Source of the DNA: Eledone cirrhosa
Lineage: Eukaryota
Direction of reading: 5' to 3'
DNA: 64,000 bases
Assembly: GCA_964016885.1 (NCBI GenBank)
Contig: OZ024740.1
Span: 280,674,001 to 280,738,000, forward strand
Shown: one piece after another, positions 29,695-42,905 of the stretch
Layout of the letters: every line of letters begins with the position of its first letter
Position numbering within the stretch: the first letter of the stretch is position 1
Notes under the pieces: generated by a model
Seen by the model: only the letters and a program-made list of their open reading frames with translations
Database searches by the model: none
What the model was told of the DNA's origin: nothing
Position numbers and translations under genes: made by a program

Positions 29695-31914
29695 TATGAA
29701 GAGAGAAGAAACATTTAGATATAATTAGTAATAAAATGTATCATACCCAAACTGTTCCTAAATTCCTCGACTACGTAGTTTCGTGGCATAAACAAAAACA
29801 ATATATCAAAGATGTAGAGTCCTTGCGAGGTCTGCCGACTTATCAAGAGGATACCTCATTTTACTAGTCTCAAGAACGCGTCTACACGACGTGAGAAAGA
29901 ATCCCAAAAGGCGGAGGGGGAGATAGTCACGCGATATAACGGTCGAGAAACAGAGCTAAGCCTCTTATAACCACGAAAAAAATACCACGGAGGCGGAGGG
30001 GGTATTCATATCGAGGCCGTAGAAGAGGTAGTGAAGAAGGCGAGAAGTATGAGTAATGGAAGCTTTCCAGTTGTCCCCACACCTCAAAGATTGCTCGACC
30101 AGAGGGAGTTATTAATACATTTAGAAACACACAGATACATGCGGACACACACATATATACATGAATGCATCCGCACCCAACTGTGAGTTAAGGGTGCCAA
30201 CTTCACCGATGTTGCTCAATGAATGACTGGGACAGACCAATTCAGTTTGAACCAGACTGAACCAGTATCAGAGTTAAAAATACATTATGAAGAGAGAAGA
30301 AACATTTAGATATAATTAGTAATAAAATGTATCATACCCAAACTGTTCCTAAATTCCTCGACTACGTAGTTTCGTGGCATAAACAAAAACAATATATCAA
30401 AGATATAGAGTCCTTGCGAGGTCTGCCGACTTATCAAGAGGATACCTCATTTTACTAGTCTCAAGAACGCGTCTACACGACGTGAGAAAGAATCCCAAAA
30501 GGCGGAGGGGGAGATAGTCACGCGATATAACGGTCGAGAAACAGAGCTAAGCCTCTTCCTCTTCATAATGTATTTTTAACTCTGATACTGGTTCAGTCTG
30601 GTTCAAACTGAATTGGTCTGTCCCAGTCATTCATTGAGCAACATCGGTGAAGTTGGCACCCTTAACTCACAGTTGGGTGCAGATGCATTCATGTATATAT
30701 GTGTGTGTCCGCATGTATCTGTGTGTTTCTAAATGTATTAATAACTCCCTCTGGTCGAGCAATCTTTGAGGTGTGGGGACAACTGGAAAGCTTCCATTAC
30801 TCATACTTCTCGCCTTCTTCACTACCTCCTCTACGGCCTCGATATGAATACCCCCTCCGCCTCCGTGGTATTTTTTTCGTGGTTATAAGAGGCTTAGCTC
30901 TGTTTCTCGACCGTTATATCGCGTGACTATCTCCCCCTCCGCCTTTTGGGATTCTTTCTCACGTCGTGTAGACGCGTTCTTGAGACTAGTAAAATGAGGT
31001 ATCCTCTTGATAAGTCGGCAGACCTCGCAAGGACTCTATATCTTTGATATATTGTTTTTGTTTATGCCACGAAACTACGTAGTCGAGGAATTTAGGAACA
31101 GTTTGGGTATGATACATTTTATTACTAATTATATCTAAATGTTTCTTCTCTCTTCATAATGTATTTTTAACTCTGATACTGGTTCAGTCTGGTTCAAACT
31201 GAATTGGTCTGTCCCAGTCATTCATTGAGCAACATCGGTGAAGTTGGCACCCTTAACTCACAGTTGGGTGCGGATGCATTCATGTATATATGTGTGTGTC
31301 CGCATGTATCTGTGTGTTTCTAAATGTATTAATAACTCCCTCTGGTCGAGCAATCTTTGAGGTGTGGGGACAACTGGAAAGCTTCCATTACTCATACTTC
31401 TCGCCTTCTTCACTACCTCTTCTACGGCCTCGATATGAATACCCCCTCCGCCTCCGTGGTATTTTTTTCGTGGTTATAAGAGGCTTAGCTCTGTTTCTCG
31501 ACCGTTATATCGCGTGACTATCTCCCCCTCCGCCTTTTGGGATTCTTTCTCACGTCGTGTAGACGCGTTCTTGAGACTAGTAAAATGAGGTATCCTCTTG
31601 ATAAGTCGGCAGACCTCGCAAGGACTCTATATCTTTGATATATTGTTTTTGTTTATGCCACGAAACTACGTAGTCGAGGAATTTAGGAACAGTTTTGGTA
31701 TGATACATTTTATTACTAATTATATCTAAATGTTTCTTCTCTCTTCATAATGTATTTTTAACTCTGATACTGGTTCAGTCTGGTTCAAACTGAATTGGTC
31801 TGTCCCAGTCATTCATTGAGCAACATCGGTGAAGTTGGCACCCTTAACTCACAGTTGGGTGCGGATGCATTCATGTATATATGTGTGTGTCCGCATGTAT
31901 CTGTGTGTTTCTAA

Positions 31915-31919
<5 letters not shown>
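29690..31919. mobile_element. Retrozyme-like array B: 591-bp unit, about 1.5 inverted + 2.3 direct copies, between (TA)n tracts
   Basis: Period 591 (ORF copies at 30699 and 31290; HHRs at 31002 and 31593); inversion junction at 30557/30559; copies differ by only a few substitutions. Confidence 0.9.
31002..31089 (+). ncRNA. Variant (U3-A8) type I hammerhead of array B; copies at 31593-31680(+), 29764-29851(-), 30355-30442(-)
   Basis: TCCTC-TTGATAA-GT(C)GGCA-44-nt loop-TGCCAC-GAAAC-TACGTA-GT-C-GAGGA; 10-nt palindrome ACTACGTAGT; GUC site after 31084. Confidence 0.8.
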
Positions 31920-31963
<44 letters not shown>

Positions 31964-31968
<5 letters not shown>

Positions 31969-32072
31969 CGATGATTTGATCAGAGACACACACTGTATTT
32001 AAGGTCGAGTGACGCAACTTCGAGTGATTAGCGGCCTTTAGACTCACCTGATCAATGAAACAATTGTTAATA
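31964..32072 (+). ncRNA. Variant (CCGAUGA) hammerhead-like motif with long stem II
   Basis: TATT-CCGATGA-T-TTGATCAG...CTGATCAA-T-GAAAC-AATT-GT-T-AATA. Confidence 0.65.
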
Positions 32073-32128
32073 CTGTAAATAAAACCCTTTTTGTACAGCC
32101 GGCCATGTTATTCTTCACTCTTTCACTA

Positions 32129-32247
<119 letters not shown>

Positions 32248-33074
32248 GACAGGGGGGAAGAAAAAATGGCTTCACTTGTGCTTTCAAAAAATTTATTTTC
32301 TTCACAAAATCCAAAAATAATTTTTTTCCGGATTAGAAAAAATTATTTTCTTAAAAAAAATTATTTTATAAATTAAGTTGTTGGTTGTTGGTTAGGTCTT
32401 AGGAGTTCTTGGTTAACGTAGGAGGTATTGTTTCGTTTTTAGAACGACCTTTCACGCTGAGGTGCGCTTGTCAAACTGATGTGTATGTGGTGTGTTGTTC
32501 TATATATTGGGATTTAACATGTCTGTGGTGTGGTGGGGGTTTCTTTCCTCCCCCTTTAATAAGTGTATGGGTGTAGGTGTGTTGAAAAAGTGTTAATAGC
32601 AGTAATGAGTTGAAACGGTGAGTAGGGTTGGGTGGGGAGAAATGTAGCAAGTGCGGCCTGCCCCGGTCATTCTCGAAAAATTCCTTTATTCAGGGGAAAA
32701 AGCTTTTAGTATTCCTTTTGTGTTGAGAATGGTCACAGGCAAATCGCACCTGTCAAGTTTGTAAATAATTATTTTTTTATTTTTTTCTGAAGAATTTTTC
32801 TACGTCCATCCCAAAATTAGTCCTTTGTTCAACACACACACATGTGCGTATATACGTACATACACACGCGGGCATATGTAGGAATATATAGGCACACACC
32901 ATCAATCACACACCCATGTACAAATACATCCACATACATACACAAAAACATATAGAGACATATAAAAACACACATACGTACACACACGTGACCTGAGGCA
33001 TGTTGCCACAGTAATGCAACAACGATATATCAAACAGGTCGAAAGACAAACGTGGACCTTCTCGAAAGATATGA

Positions 33075-33131
<57 letters not shown>

Positions 33132-33775
33132 CATACAGACATACACATACATATATATATATATATACATATATACTTAACGTGTGTGTGTGTGTGTGTG
33201 TTGCGTCTATATCCACTAGCTCATGTGTATTTAAATGAATTCTATTTGCAGAATCAGCCCAGACGCCATTTCGTACACATTGCACGAATACATATTAGTT
33301 TGCTTGTTTGTTTAACACATGTGTGAAGTATAAATGTATGACTGAGTGTGGAGAAGAACAAAACTAGATTATGACATCCATTGAATATTGGCATCAGCAA
33401 AGAGAAACAAACTCATAAGGCTTCTGTAAGAGCATCCGACAAAAGCTGTGGTAGCTACCATCAGTATGGTGTCTATATATACCATAACACTTCAAAATAA
33501 AAGATCATATTGTATTATGTTTTCTAAAATTGGGAGGTAGCGTTGGTGTGCTCCCAGCTGGAATTTAGGTACAAATGTACGGAATGTATATTCTGCATAG
33601 GTAAGCTAGTTAAATAACCCACGTGAGATTATATAAAGCTTCTAAACAAATTAGCAAAAATACATACATGATAAAATAAAGAAAACCATTTTTCGGTTTT
33701 CAAGGTTGCAGTATTCAGAAATACACTACAATGGACTACTTTCTTCTTTGTCTTTTTTGCCCTTAGGCACAAGTC

Positions 33776-34051
33776 TCAGCGGGTCCTGTCAGAAACAACT
33801 TTCTCCACATTATCTGACTGAACTCCCGAGCAACACAAGCTGAGCTCATGGATGTTATCCAACCATCTTGCACGGTGTCTACACTTGGGTATCCTCCCGA
33901 TTTGGTCTTTATTGTAAACTTTGTCCAACGATTCTTTCCTTAGACATACTTGTAGTCGGAGCGGTAATCTCTCAATTTGGAGTTGTAGTCGCTCTACCTG
34001 AAGTGACTCTCTGATCTCTGAGCTACGCATTCTATCGACTAATATTACCAC
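33776..34051 (-). mobile_element. RTE-like LINE C-terminal fragment
   Basis: DRMRSSEIRESLQV...IER..LR...G.IP..R.R.RWLDNI. Confidence 0.6.
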
Positions 34052-34759
34052 ATAAACATTAGAAATAACCCAATTTTGGCCGCTGGTATATTTTTCATAT
34101 TTTTTAGGTCATTGTTGGAACGAATACCTGACATGGAAAGGCGTGATTGGAAGGACGACTATCTCTATCTAAAGCCTTATTAGACTTCTGTTCGTGTAAT
34201 GGGCTCTCTATTATAAACAACATCTTCCAACATAAAGACATCCATAAATACAATGGACTATTTTCGATACATTCCCTGAAAATTGGAATTCAGATTCTGA
34301 ATTTTGATATATAAATTGAAAAATCTATCTTTCCAAAGCACTATAATATCTGGTTTGAATTTAACAAAAAATTAAGTAAAAATGTCCAAACATAATGTAA
34401 TGTAAATCAATACACTCGCTATCTCACTTACAAATTGAAGGCATAAATAACACTTTGAATAGGAAACAATGATTTCACAGAAAAAAAAATGTCTTCATTT
34501 AGAATACAACATTCACAAATCAATACAATATTCACAAATCTCCACGAATACAGAGCCGTGAAAACCTTATGCAACTAGAAAACTATAATAAAATATCCAC
34601 GTTAAGACTATAAAAATATTCAGTAAAAGATAACGAAAATAGTGAATATATAAAACGAATATATAACATTAACAAAACAAAACAAAAAAAACTGTTTTCA
34701 GTCTTAAACAAGATAGAATACATCTACACTGACAGAGCTGCTGCTTTCATACACTGTGG

Positions 34760-35620
34760 AATTATGTTAGCATTATGAAATACCGAGAGAAAAGAGCTAC
34801 GGAAAGTTACAAATCGACCATAATGTGGGACATGCTAAGCAGCCAATACTAACAACTCAAAGCTAATCGACTAGATATCATCGTCAGAGACCACCAAGAA
34901 AGGATGTGCCTCCTGATCGAAGTAACATTCTCAACAGAAAGCAATATATTTCTTAAAGAACTGTAGTAATTTTATACATGTATGTATGGTTCCGTAATTT
35001 CTGGCCTGAGTACAAGAGATTTCTTTCAGAGAAAGATAGAAAGTGAGAGAGAGGAAATGAGAAAGAGATATAGAGAAAGAATCGACCCCATGACTGGTAC
35101 TTTTTTATCGACCTCGAAAGGCTGGATTTGAACTCAGAGATCAGAGAGCCGGAATGAATACCACAAGGCATTCTATCAGACGTTCTAACGACTCGGCCAA
35201 TTCGCCGCCTATGTTGTATTTACGCAATCATAAAGAACTTGAAGTAGTGAAAGTCAGAATGAAGGGATTGAAATTAGTAATAAAACCTGAAATAATAAGG
35301 ACCTTGAGTATGATTAAGAAAATATACTATCAAATACATATTTGTTTCTACGTTAGGCACAAGGCCAGCAAAATACCCAGTGTATTACTGGTACTTTATT
35401 TTATCGACCCCGTAAGGATGAAAGGCAAAGTTAACCTCGGCGGGATTTGAACTCAGAATGGCAAGGGCCGTAACTCTATGCGCCAAAGCATGGCATCCAA
35501 CACTCTACCAATACTGCCAATCCAACGCCTATCCATACTATCAAATACATAATGTAAACCAGAAGGATATAGAAATATACACGAGTACATGACGCTGTAG
35601 AAATATAACTCAGATTACAT
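34760..35620 (+). mobile_element. R4-like RLE endonuclease remnant interrupted by SINEs
   Basis: IMWD...KANRLDIIVRD....CLLIEV (PD-D/ExK-like), continued after the SINE at 35225-35335. Confidence 0.5.
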
Positions 35621-36103
35621 TAAATACAATAATTGTTTCTACTTTAGGCACAAGGCCAGCAATTACCCAGTGCATTACTGGTACTTTATTTTATCGACCC
35701 CGTAAGGATGAAAGGCAAAGTTAACCTCGGCGGGATTTGAACTCAGATCATAAAGGGACGTAACTATGCTGGAAAGCATGGCGTCCGACCCTCTACCGAT
35801 ACTGCCAATCCACCGCCCTTCTTTAAATACAATAATAAACACAAAACCAAAATATAAAGGTACACTTAATTGCGTGAAGAAGAAAGAAGAAGAAGAAGAA
35901 GAAGAAGAAGAAGAAGAAGAAGAAGAAGAGGGCGCCGACGACGAAGAAGGAGAAAAATAACCAATTTGGAAAGAGGACAACGTCGATGAGAACGACGACG
36001 AATAATAATTGTTTCTACTATTGGCACAAGGCCAGCAATTAAACAGTACATTACTGGTACTTTATTTTATCGACCCCGTAAGGATGAAAGGCAAAGTTAA
36101 CCT
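34990..36103 (-). mobile_element. Cluster of four Deu/Nin SINE copies (34990-35210, 35340-35531, 35630-35820, 36006-36103)
   Basis: Reverse-complement SINE cores; TSDs ATACTATCAAATACAT and TTAAATACAATAAT flank the second and third copies. Confidence 0.85.
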
Positions 36104-39100
36104 CTGGCCACAAGGGCCGACATATAGGGGACAATACAAAAGACTGGGACAGTGGGGTTTTACAGAAAAATCGAGTAAACAATATGAATAACAATAACAA
36201 AGTAAGAATAAAGTAACAAGAAAATTACAAGAAAAAATTCCACAATAGGGGGGATGACCACCTAGGCTACGCTCAGGTAACCCACCAGTCCTGAACGACC
36301 CGACGCTTAGAGAGCACTCTGGAAGGGCTCCCCTCTCCTCTTCAAATTTACCTACCTACAGCCGCATGACCAGAGTAGGCTCACTCACACGGGCCATTCT
36401 CGCCACATTCACCCACCTTTCAGTAAATGTACTGGGGGGCAGCACTTCTCTCTCCACCCTCACCTTCCTTTCCAAATGAAACTTGAAAAAGTTGATGAGG
36501 GATTGGCCGAAGAGAAAAGTGTCTGTCTTCAGTCCTTTCAACCTCGTCCACCATACAACCTCTTTCGCTACTGCCACCAGATAGAGGAAAATTGCCTGCC
36601 CTTCCTGGCCAAAAGAAGGAGGCGGGTCGATCTTCACTATGGACTCGGCCGATAGCCCGATCCGTTCTACACGCGACAACAGCTGTTCAACATAACTCCA
36701 CAAGTCAGTAATGCACGGACACTGGACGAGTGCGTGCAGAACGGTTTCGTCGCTCTGCGCGCATCTCGGGCAGGTCCGTCTGACAGCACTTCCGTGCCTG
36801 TAGAGTTTATCTCGAACCGGCAGTGCCCCTCGGTAGCACTGCCAAGCGAGGGATTTTTGGAAATTATCCATCGTCCCCGGCTCGAAAGTCCTCCGGTACA
36901 GACTGGTTAGTTCGACTTCGTTGACTCCCAGAGCCTCTCCGAGTGCGTCGTCGCACTTGCCCACCACTAATCCTCTATAGAACTCGAGAGTGGAAGTTCC
37001 ACTGACCGCATTTCCCACCTGGTAGAGGGCAATGAGTGCCTGGCAACATTCCAGATGCCAGTCACCCAGTCTCGGTCTCTTCTTGTCCCAGGACTGCAAC
37101 TCAGTCAAAGAAATGAGCTGCGGAAAGGCCCGTCTGACAAACGGCGACCACACCTTTTCACCGTTTAGGCAGAATATCTGGAGATCCCGAGGCCTCAGCG
37201 CGTGCCTGCGCATCATTAGCCACGGCATGCCCAGCCCTCCACGTAGAGGGTGCTGGCAGCAGATGGAGCGCCTCACCAGCGGAACCTGACCCTTCCACAA
37301 GAATTTGAAAGGAGCCGCTCCAAGATGGCGAGGCGAGAACGGGGCAAGGGACGACAGTCAGACGGCAGTAGATGACGGACGCGATGTACGCGTTCGCCAC
37401 CTCCGCCCGACCTTTCAGTGATAGCTTCATCGTAGCCCATTTCTTGGTGAGACTGACTACCCTGCCCGTCACCTCGTCCAAATTCTTATCCACCTGGAGG
37501 TCTGGCCCGAACCAAACCCCTAGCAACTTTACCGGTCCGTCCGTCCAGCGCCTAACGACGCTGTTGGACGGCATGGACTTGCCTCTCCAGGTGCCGAGTT
37601 GCAAGCCCACTGACTTTTCCGGGTTAAGTTTTGCTCCCGTCAACCTTTCACATTCTTCCAATAAGTTGCCGACCACCTCGATTTCTGAGGTGTCCGACAG
37701 CATCGCGGTGATGTCGTCCGCATAAGCCGACACAGCCTTTCCGCGTCCCGGTTCGAGCGGGATGCCCTGCAACAGCTCCAGCTTCCGCAGTAAATGCTCG
37801 AGAGTCAATACGTACAGAAGGGAGGAGAGAGGGCACCCTTGACGGACCGATCGGGAGACCTGAAACGGTTCCGAGAGGTGGCCATTAATTTTGACCATCG
37901 AGCAGGTGCCGCTGTGCATTGCAGCGATCCAGCTTCTGAAGACGGGGCCGAAGCCAGCCGCCTTGAGGACAGCCTCCAGGTACCGATGGTCGACCCTATC
38001 GAATGCTTTCGATTGATCTAAATTGATCAGAGCCCCACCGAAGCTAGGTTTACACCCTACCCTCTCTATGATGTATCGCATTAGGTGGAGATTGTCGTGT
38101 ATGGACGTGGTTGGGATTGCGCAAGTTTGCGCCTCCCCAACCAAATCCCCGACGACAAGCGCCAACCTCTTCGCTAACACCCTGGCCCAAATCTTAAACT
38201 CTGTGTTGAGCAGAGTTATGGGCCTGAAATTGTCTAATGTGTCCCTCTTGTTCTGGTCTTTCCTTATCAGCGTCACTACGCCCCGGCTCACAGAACTGGG
38301 AATACTCCCGTTTTGCTGCCAGTTACAGTAGAGGGCTTCGAGGAGATTGCAGAACAAGTCTGGCATATTTACGTAAAGCTCGTAGGGCAGACCATCCAAA
38401 CCGGGTGACTTGCGCCTCATGCAGCCGACAAGGGCATCCTGAACCTCGGCTGAAGTAGTTGGCCTTTCGCAGCGCCCAGCGTCAGCCGTCGAGAGTTGCT
38501 GCAAGCCATCGAGGTAGGGACTGAAGTCCGCCACAATCTCTGACCCGCCACTTCCCCCGAACAACCGAGCAAAATGTTGGCGAAAGGCCTCACACATCCT
38601 CTTGGAATCACTCAGCTCGTGCCCGTCTCGGTTCGTCAAAGACCGAATCGTGGTTTTATTACCACATTGCGCCTATGCCACGCGGGCCCATCGAACAGCT
38701 TTGGTTCTCAGATCACGCGCCTTAGCTCTGACAATGCAACCTTCGTGTTTCGCATTGAAGAAATGGTCTAATGCCATTCTCGCCGCTAGCACATCAGTTG
38801 CATTGCCACTACCAATAGCCTAGTCTAACTTATCTACCAACTCCCCCTCCTTTCTATTTTTCTCTAATGCTACTTCTTTGCTAAACTCTATCAACATTAC
38901 TCTAATCTCTCTTTTGAGAGGCCCCCACCATCTATTGTTGACAACTCCCCCTGTCAACTTTTTCTTAACTAAATTGTTGACCTGGTCCCTGTAAACCTTA
39001 CGTGCCGGAAATGACATGTTTAGCTTCTTATCTAGGTCGACCATACAGATCACAAACTTGTGATCTGAATAGGCGACCGTTTTAAAACGTGGACAGCTTA

Positions 39101-41820
39101 CACTATTTCTGTCTATTTTCCTAATGAATATCCTGTCTATATACGATCTAGATGACCCTATGCGGTTAGCCCAGGTCCACACTGGCGCATTAGGGAAATC
39201 TAGTCGGTACCTGTCAGAGAGTTGGAACTGGCTGATCAGGTTCTTGAGGCTTTTGCACCCCCCGCTCCTATCAGATACTCCTACACAGTCTCAGCGTGCG
39301 TCTAAGATGCCGTTCCAGTCCCCCGCTAACAGTAAAGGGCGAGACGTACCCAGAAAGGCTTCCAGGCGTCTAAAGAAGTCCGGCCGTCCTTCCCCAGTAG
39401 GAGCATAGAGGGCCACCAGTCTAAAGGCACCACCTTCGTTATTGTTCACGTCCAGGACAACCAACTTCCCGTCCGGGTCCCGGAAGATCGACCTTACCTC
39501 GAGATCCAGGCCTTTCTTAAACAGCACTGCCACCCCGCCTCCAATTCCCGGCCGGCTAACAGATGCAAAGATCTGATAGTCGTCGAAAATGGAGGATAGT
39601 GCGCGCGTATCGGAAATCCTGGTCTCGCTGACGGCAATTACATCCATTTCTATAGACCTGAGGTCGTTGAGCAGGTTACCCTGCTTTCAGGACGATCCCA
39701 GGCCTCGAACATTTAAACATCCTACTCTTAATACGGCCATGTTGGCAGGTTAAAAAGAGGGAGGAAGGTTTACTTACCTTCCGGGCTCTTGTGAAGGTTA
39801 GGTTGTTCGACCTCCATAGTTGGTGGGGTTTCTTTTGGGAACCCCTTTAAAAGTCTTGAAGTGGGTTTTACGTTCGGGGTTCCCACGTCCCGAGGAAAGC
39901 TGTCTCGTATTTCTTTGAATATATCGAGCGACATTCGCACCAGAACCAAATCTTCCGGCACGCGAAATGTGCTCGATTTAAATATTTCCCCCTCTTTTTG
40001 TATATTTTCACTTCGTGCTACGAGGGCCATCAGTTCCTTGTTGGCCCTCCTGACGAGCACGAAGTTTTGTATGTTTTGTTGGTGTGATTTTATTTGTTTG
40101 ACTGGCTGTGGTGGTGATGGTTTTGGTGGTGTTGTTTCGGTTGTATCTGTGTTTGTTGTGAGTGCGGTGTCTGTGGTTTCAGATGTTTGTGTGTATATTT
40201 GTTCTTGCGTCTGTTTAGGTTGTTTGCGTTTGGGGGATTCTGGTGATGGTGATGGTGGTATTGATGTTGGTGTTATTGGAGAGATGTTTGCGTGGGTGGT
40301 GGCTGCGTTTTTTTTATTGTGGGTGATTTTGTGCTTTGTTGATTTTTTTTTTTCTTTTTGTGCTTCCTTTTTTGTATTTTGGGGGATTTGGGTTTTCCCT
40401 CATCTTCACTACTGGTAGATGAGGGGTCTGTGTCTGTAAGTGTGTCTGTATGTATGTTTATGGTTTTATTGGTGTGTGTATTTTTGGGGGGAGGGGCAAT
40501 TTGACAGCTTTCCTCGTTTCCCCCCTGGGTGGTCAATGTTGGTGGTGGTCTTTCTATTGGTGTTGTTGCTGGTGGTTTTGCCGGTGCTGGTGTTGGTTGT
40601 GGTCCTCGCCCCGGCGTCGGCAGCAGTGTAGCCTTTCGAACCCTTGCCTCTTTCAGCAGTTGAGGGCAGAAGGCTCGCAAATGGGTTTTTCCCCACAAAC
40701 AAAACACTGCGGCCTTTTGCCTTCGGTCATAATGTGAATGACCGTCCCATTCTGAAGGCGGATGTGGTCCGGGATTGTCTTCACATTCTCGAGCCTGATC
40801 TGGAGAAGGATCTCCAGGTCAACCCCGGACCAGTCCTCTCTGGCCGTTCTGGTCACTTCTATAGGGACGGTATCCGTCCCCCCCACAATCACACATCCCA
40901 GAAGCCACCACATGTCAAGTTCTGGTGGGATTCTGGGAATGCGGAGACGGGCCGTTCTTTTTCCCATGTGGGAGGGGTACATTATGACCTTGCTGGTTTT
41001 TCAAGGAGTCATAGCGTGTTTCATAGCGAGGGGTTCTTACTTGAACAACTCCGAAATGGCGCCGTACTGTCTGCTCCTCTCTATGTATTCGGTGTCTTCT
41101 CTGATGCACCTCAGCGCGACTTCGACATCTTCTTGTGGGATTAAAGCTGCCCTTTTGGTTTGTGCTGAGATGCATCTATAATGCACCGTTCTGCGCTCCA
41201 CTGTCTCAATAGCCTCTACACGGACAGTTAAGTTGGTCCAGGTTTGCTCTTGCTTGATGAGTTTCCAGGCCTGGGCCAACTTTTCATCTTTGTTTGAGAG
41301 GTCCATGTTGAAGCATGGCCTCTTTTTGGCTGCTGCCGCAGCGAAAGTGTTTTTGTTGTCGTTGGGGGGTGTTGTTGTTGTTGGCGTTGTTCTTGTTGGT
41401 GTTGTTGTTAGCACTGTCGCTGTTATCATTGTTGTCTTTGTTGCCACCGTTGTTCTCGGTGCAGTTGGTATTGTTGCTGTTGGTGTCTTTGTTTACATTG
41501 TTTGTGGTGGTGTTTGTGTTATCAATTTGTGTTAATTTCGCTGTAGCGCTCCTCTCAACTTCTACGTCGTTGTCGCACGACAGCCGACATATCGCTGGGG
41601 GGCGTGGCTCAGCCATGTTTTTTTTTCTCCGTAAATGTTTTAACATGTGAAAAAAATTCAAATATTTGGGCCAAAAGGCTCAAATATTATACTTTCCCCT
41701 TAACAGGGCAAAGTCTAAGGGCTTATATCCCTTATACACAAGAAATATTTAACAACAAATAATTTTAACAGGCAAATATAGCGACTTACTGGGAGCGAGC
41801 AAAAAACGTCCGCTTAGACC
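36104..41820 (-). mobile_element. Near full-length Tx1/L1-clade LINE with frameshifted ORF1 and ORF2
   Basis: ORF1 from 41616 to 39770 with CCHC knuckle CFVCGEKTHLRAFC split by a frameshift; ORF2 from 39740 to 36356 with APE (LNVRG, SET, GDWN, IDRIF, SDH), RT (SPGLDGLP, RPITLLN, DQSKAFD, RQGCPLS, YADD) and zf-RVT (CPRC..ETVLHAL..C). Confidence 0.92.
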
Positions 41821-41869
<49 letters not shown>

Positions 41870-42905
41870 CTTTATTTATTAACCACAAGGGCTTACACAA
41901 AGAAGACATTAAGGACAGTACAGGACAATACAGGACGGTACAAATGGGCATTTCTGCGTGTAAAAAAACAAAAAAACAGAGGATGTAACAAAAAAAAGAA
42001 CAATGAAAAATTCCCCAATAGGGGGGAGACTTCCGAGGGCCATCGTGGAGAAAGCCCATTAAAAAAAAGCCACGGTGACTCTGACCACCAGGGCAAGTGC
42101 CCTCTACCAGTTTTCCACCTTCAATTTACAGGCATATACTCAGAGTAGGTCCATTCACTCGGGCCATTCTTGCCTCTCTCACCCATCTTTCAACAAAATG
42201 ATGGGAAGAGAGCACTTCCCTCTCTACCCTGATTTTCCTTTTCAATTGAAATTTGAAAAAGTCAATCAGGGCATCGCCGAAGAGGTAAGTGCTCGTCTTC
42301 AGCCCTTTCAGACGTGTCCACCATACTATCTCTTTCGCCATGGCCACCAGACAGATAAAAACTGCCTACTCTTCCCGGCTAAAAGAAGAGGGCGGGCAAT
42401 CCTCACGACGGACTCAGCAGGTGTTCGACATAAACCCACAAGTCAGCAATGCTCGGACACTGGACGAGTGCATGCAGGACATGCCCGGCTGAAAGCACTT
42501 CCGTGCCTGTAGAGTTTATCCCGAACTGGCAAAGCTCCTCGGTAGCACTGCCAGGCCAGGGATTTCTGGAAGTTGTCCATAGGCCCTGGCCCGAAAGTTC
42601 TTCCGAAGAGATTGGCTAGTTGATTTTCGTCGACGCCTAGAGTTTCCCCAAGTACGTCGTCGCTCCTCCCCTCCACTAAATCTCTATAGAACGCTAAGGT
42701 GGAGTTTCCACCGATCACATTGCCCGACTGGTCGAGGGACGTGAGCGCCTGAAGACATTCCAGTCTCCAAGCGCTCCCTCTCGGTCTTCGCTTGACCCAG
42801 GACTGCAGCTCCGTCAAGGAGACGAGCTGGGGAAAGACGCGTCTAGCAAACGGCGACAACACCTGATCACCGTCGAGGAAGAGGTGGAGATGTCGTAGCC
42901 TGAGC
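41821..42905 (-). mobile_element. 5'-truncated related Tx1-like LINE with AATAAA and (TTA)n tail
   Basis: ORFs 42126-42862(-) homologous to the 36356-37300 C-terminus; 3' end CCCTTGTGGTTAATAAATAAAGCA followed by (TTA)n at 41821-41868. Confidence 0.88.

Noticed and set aside
29690-31919. CRISPR array or ordinary satellite interpretation of the tandem repeats
   Set aside because: No spacers or cas genes and a eukaryotic context; low copy number, inversion and HHR favour retroposition
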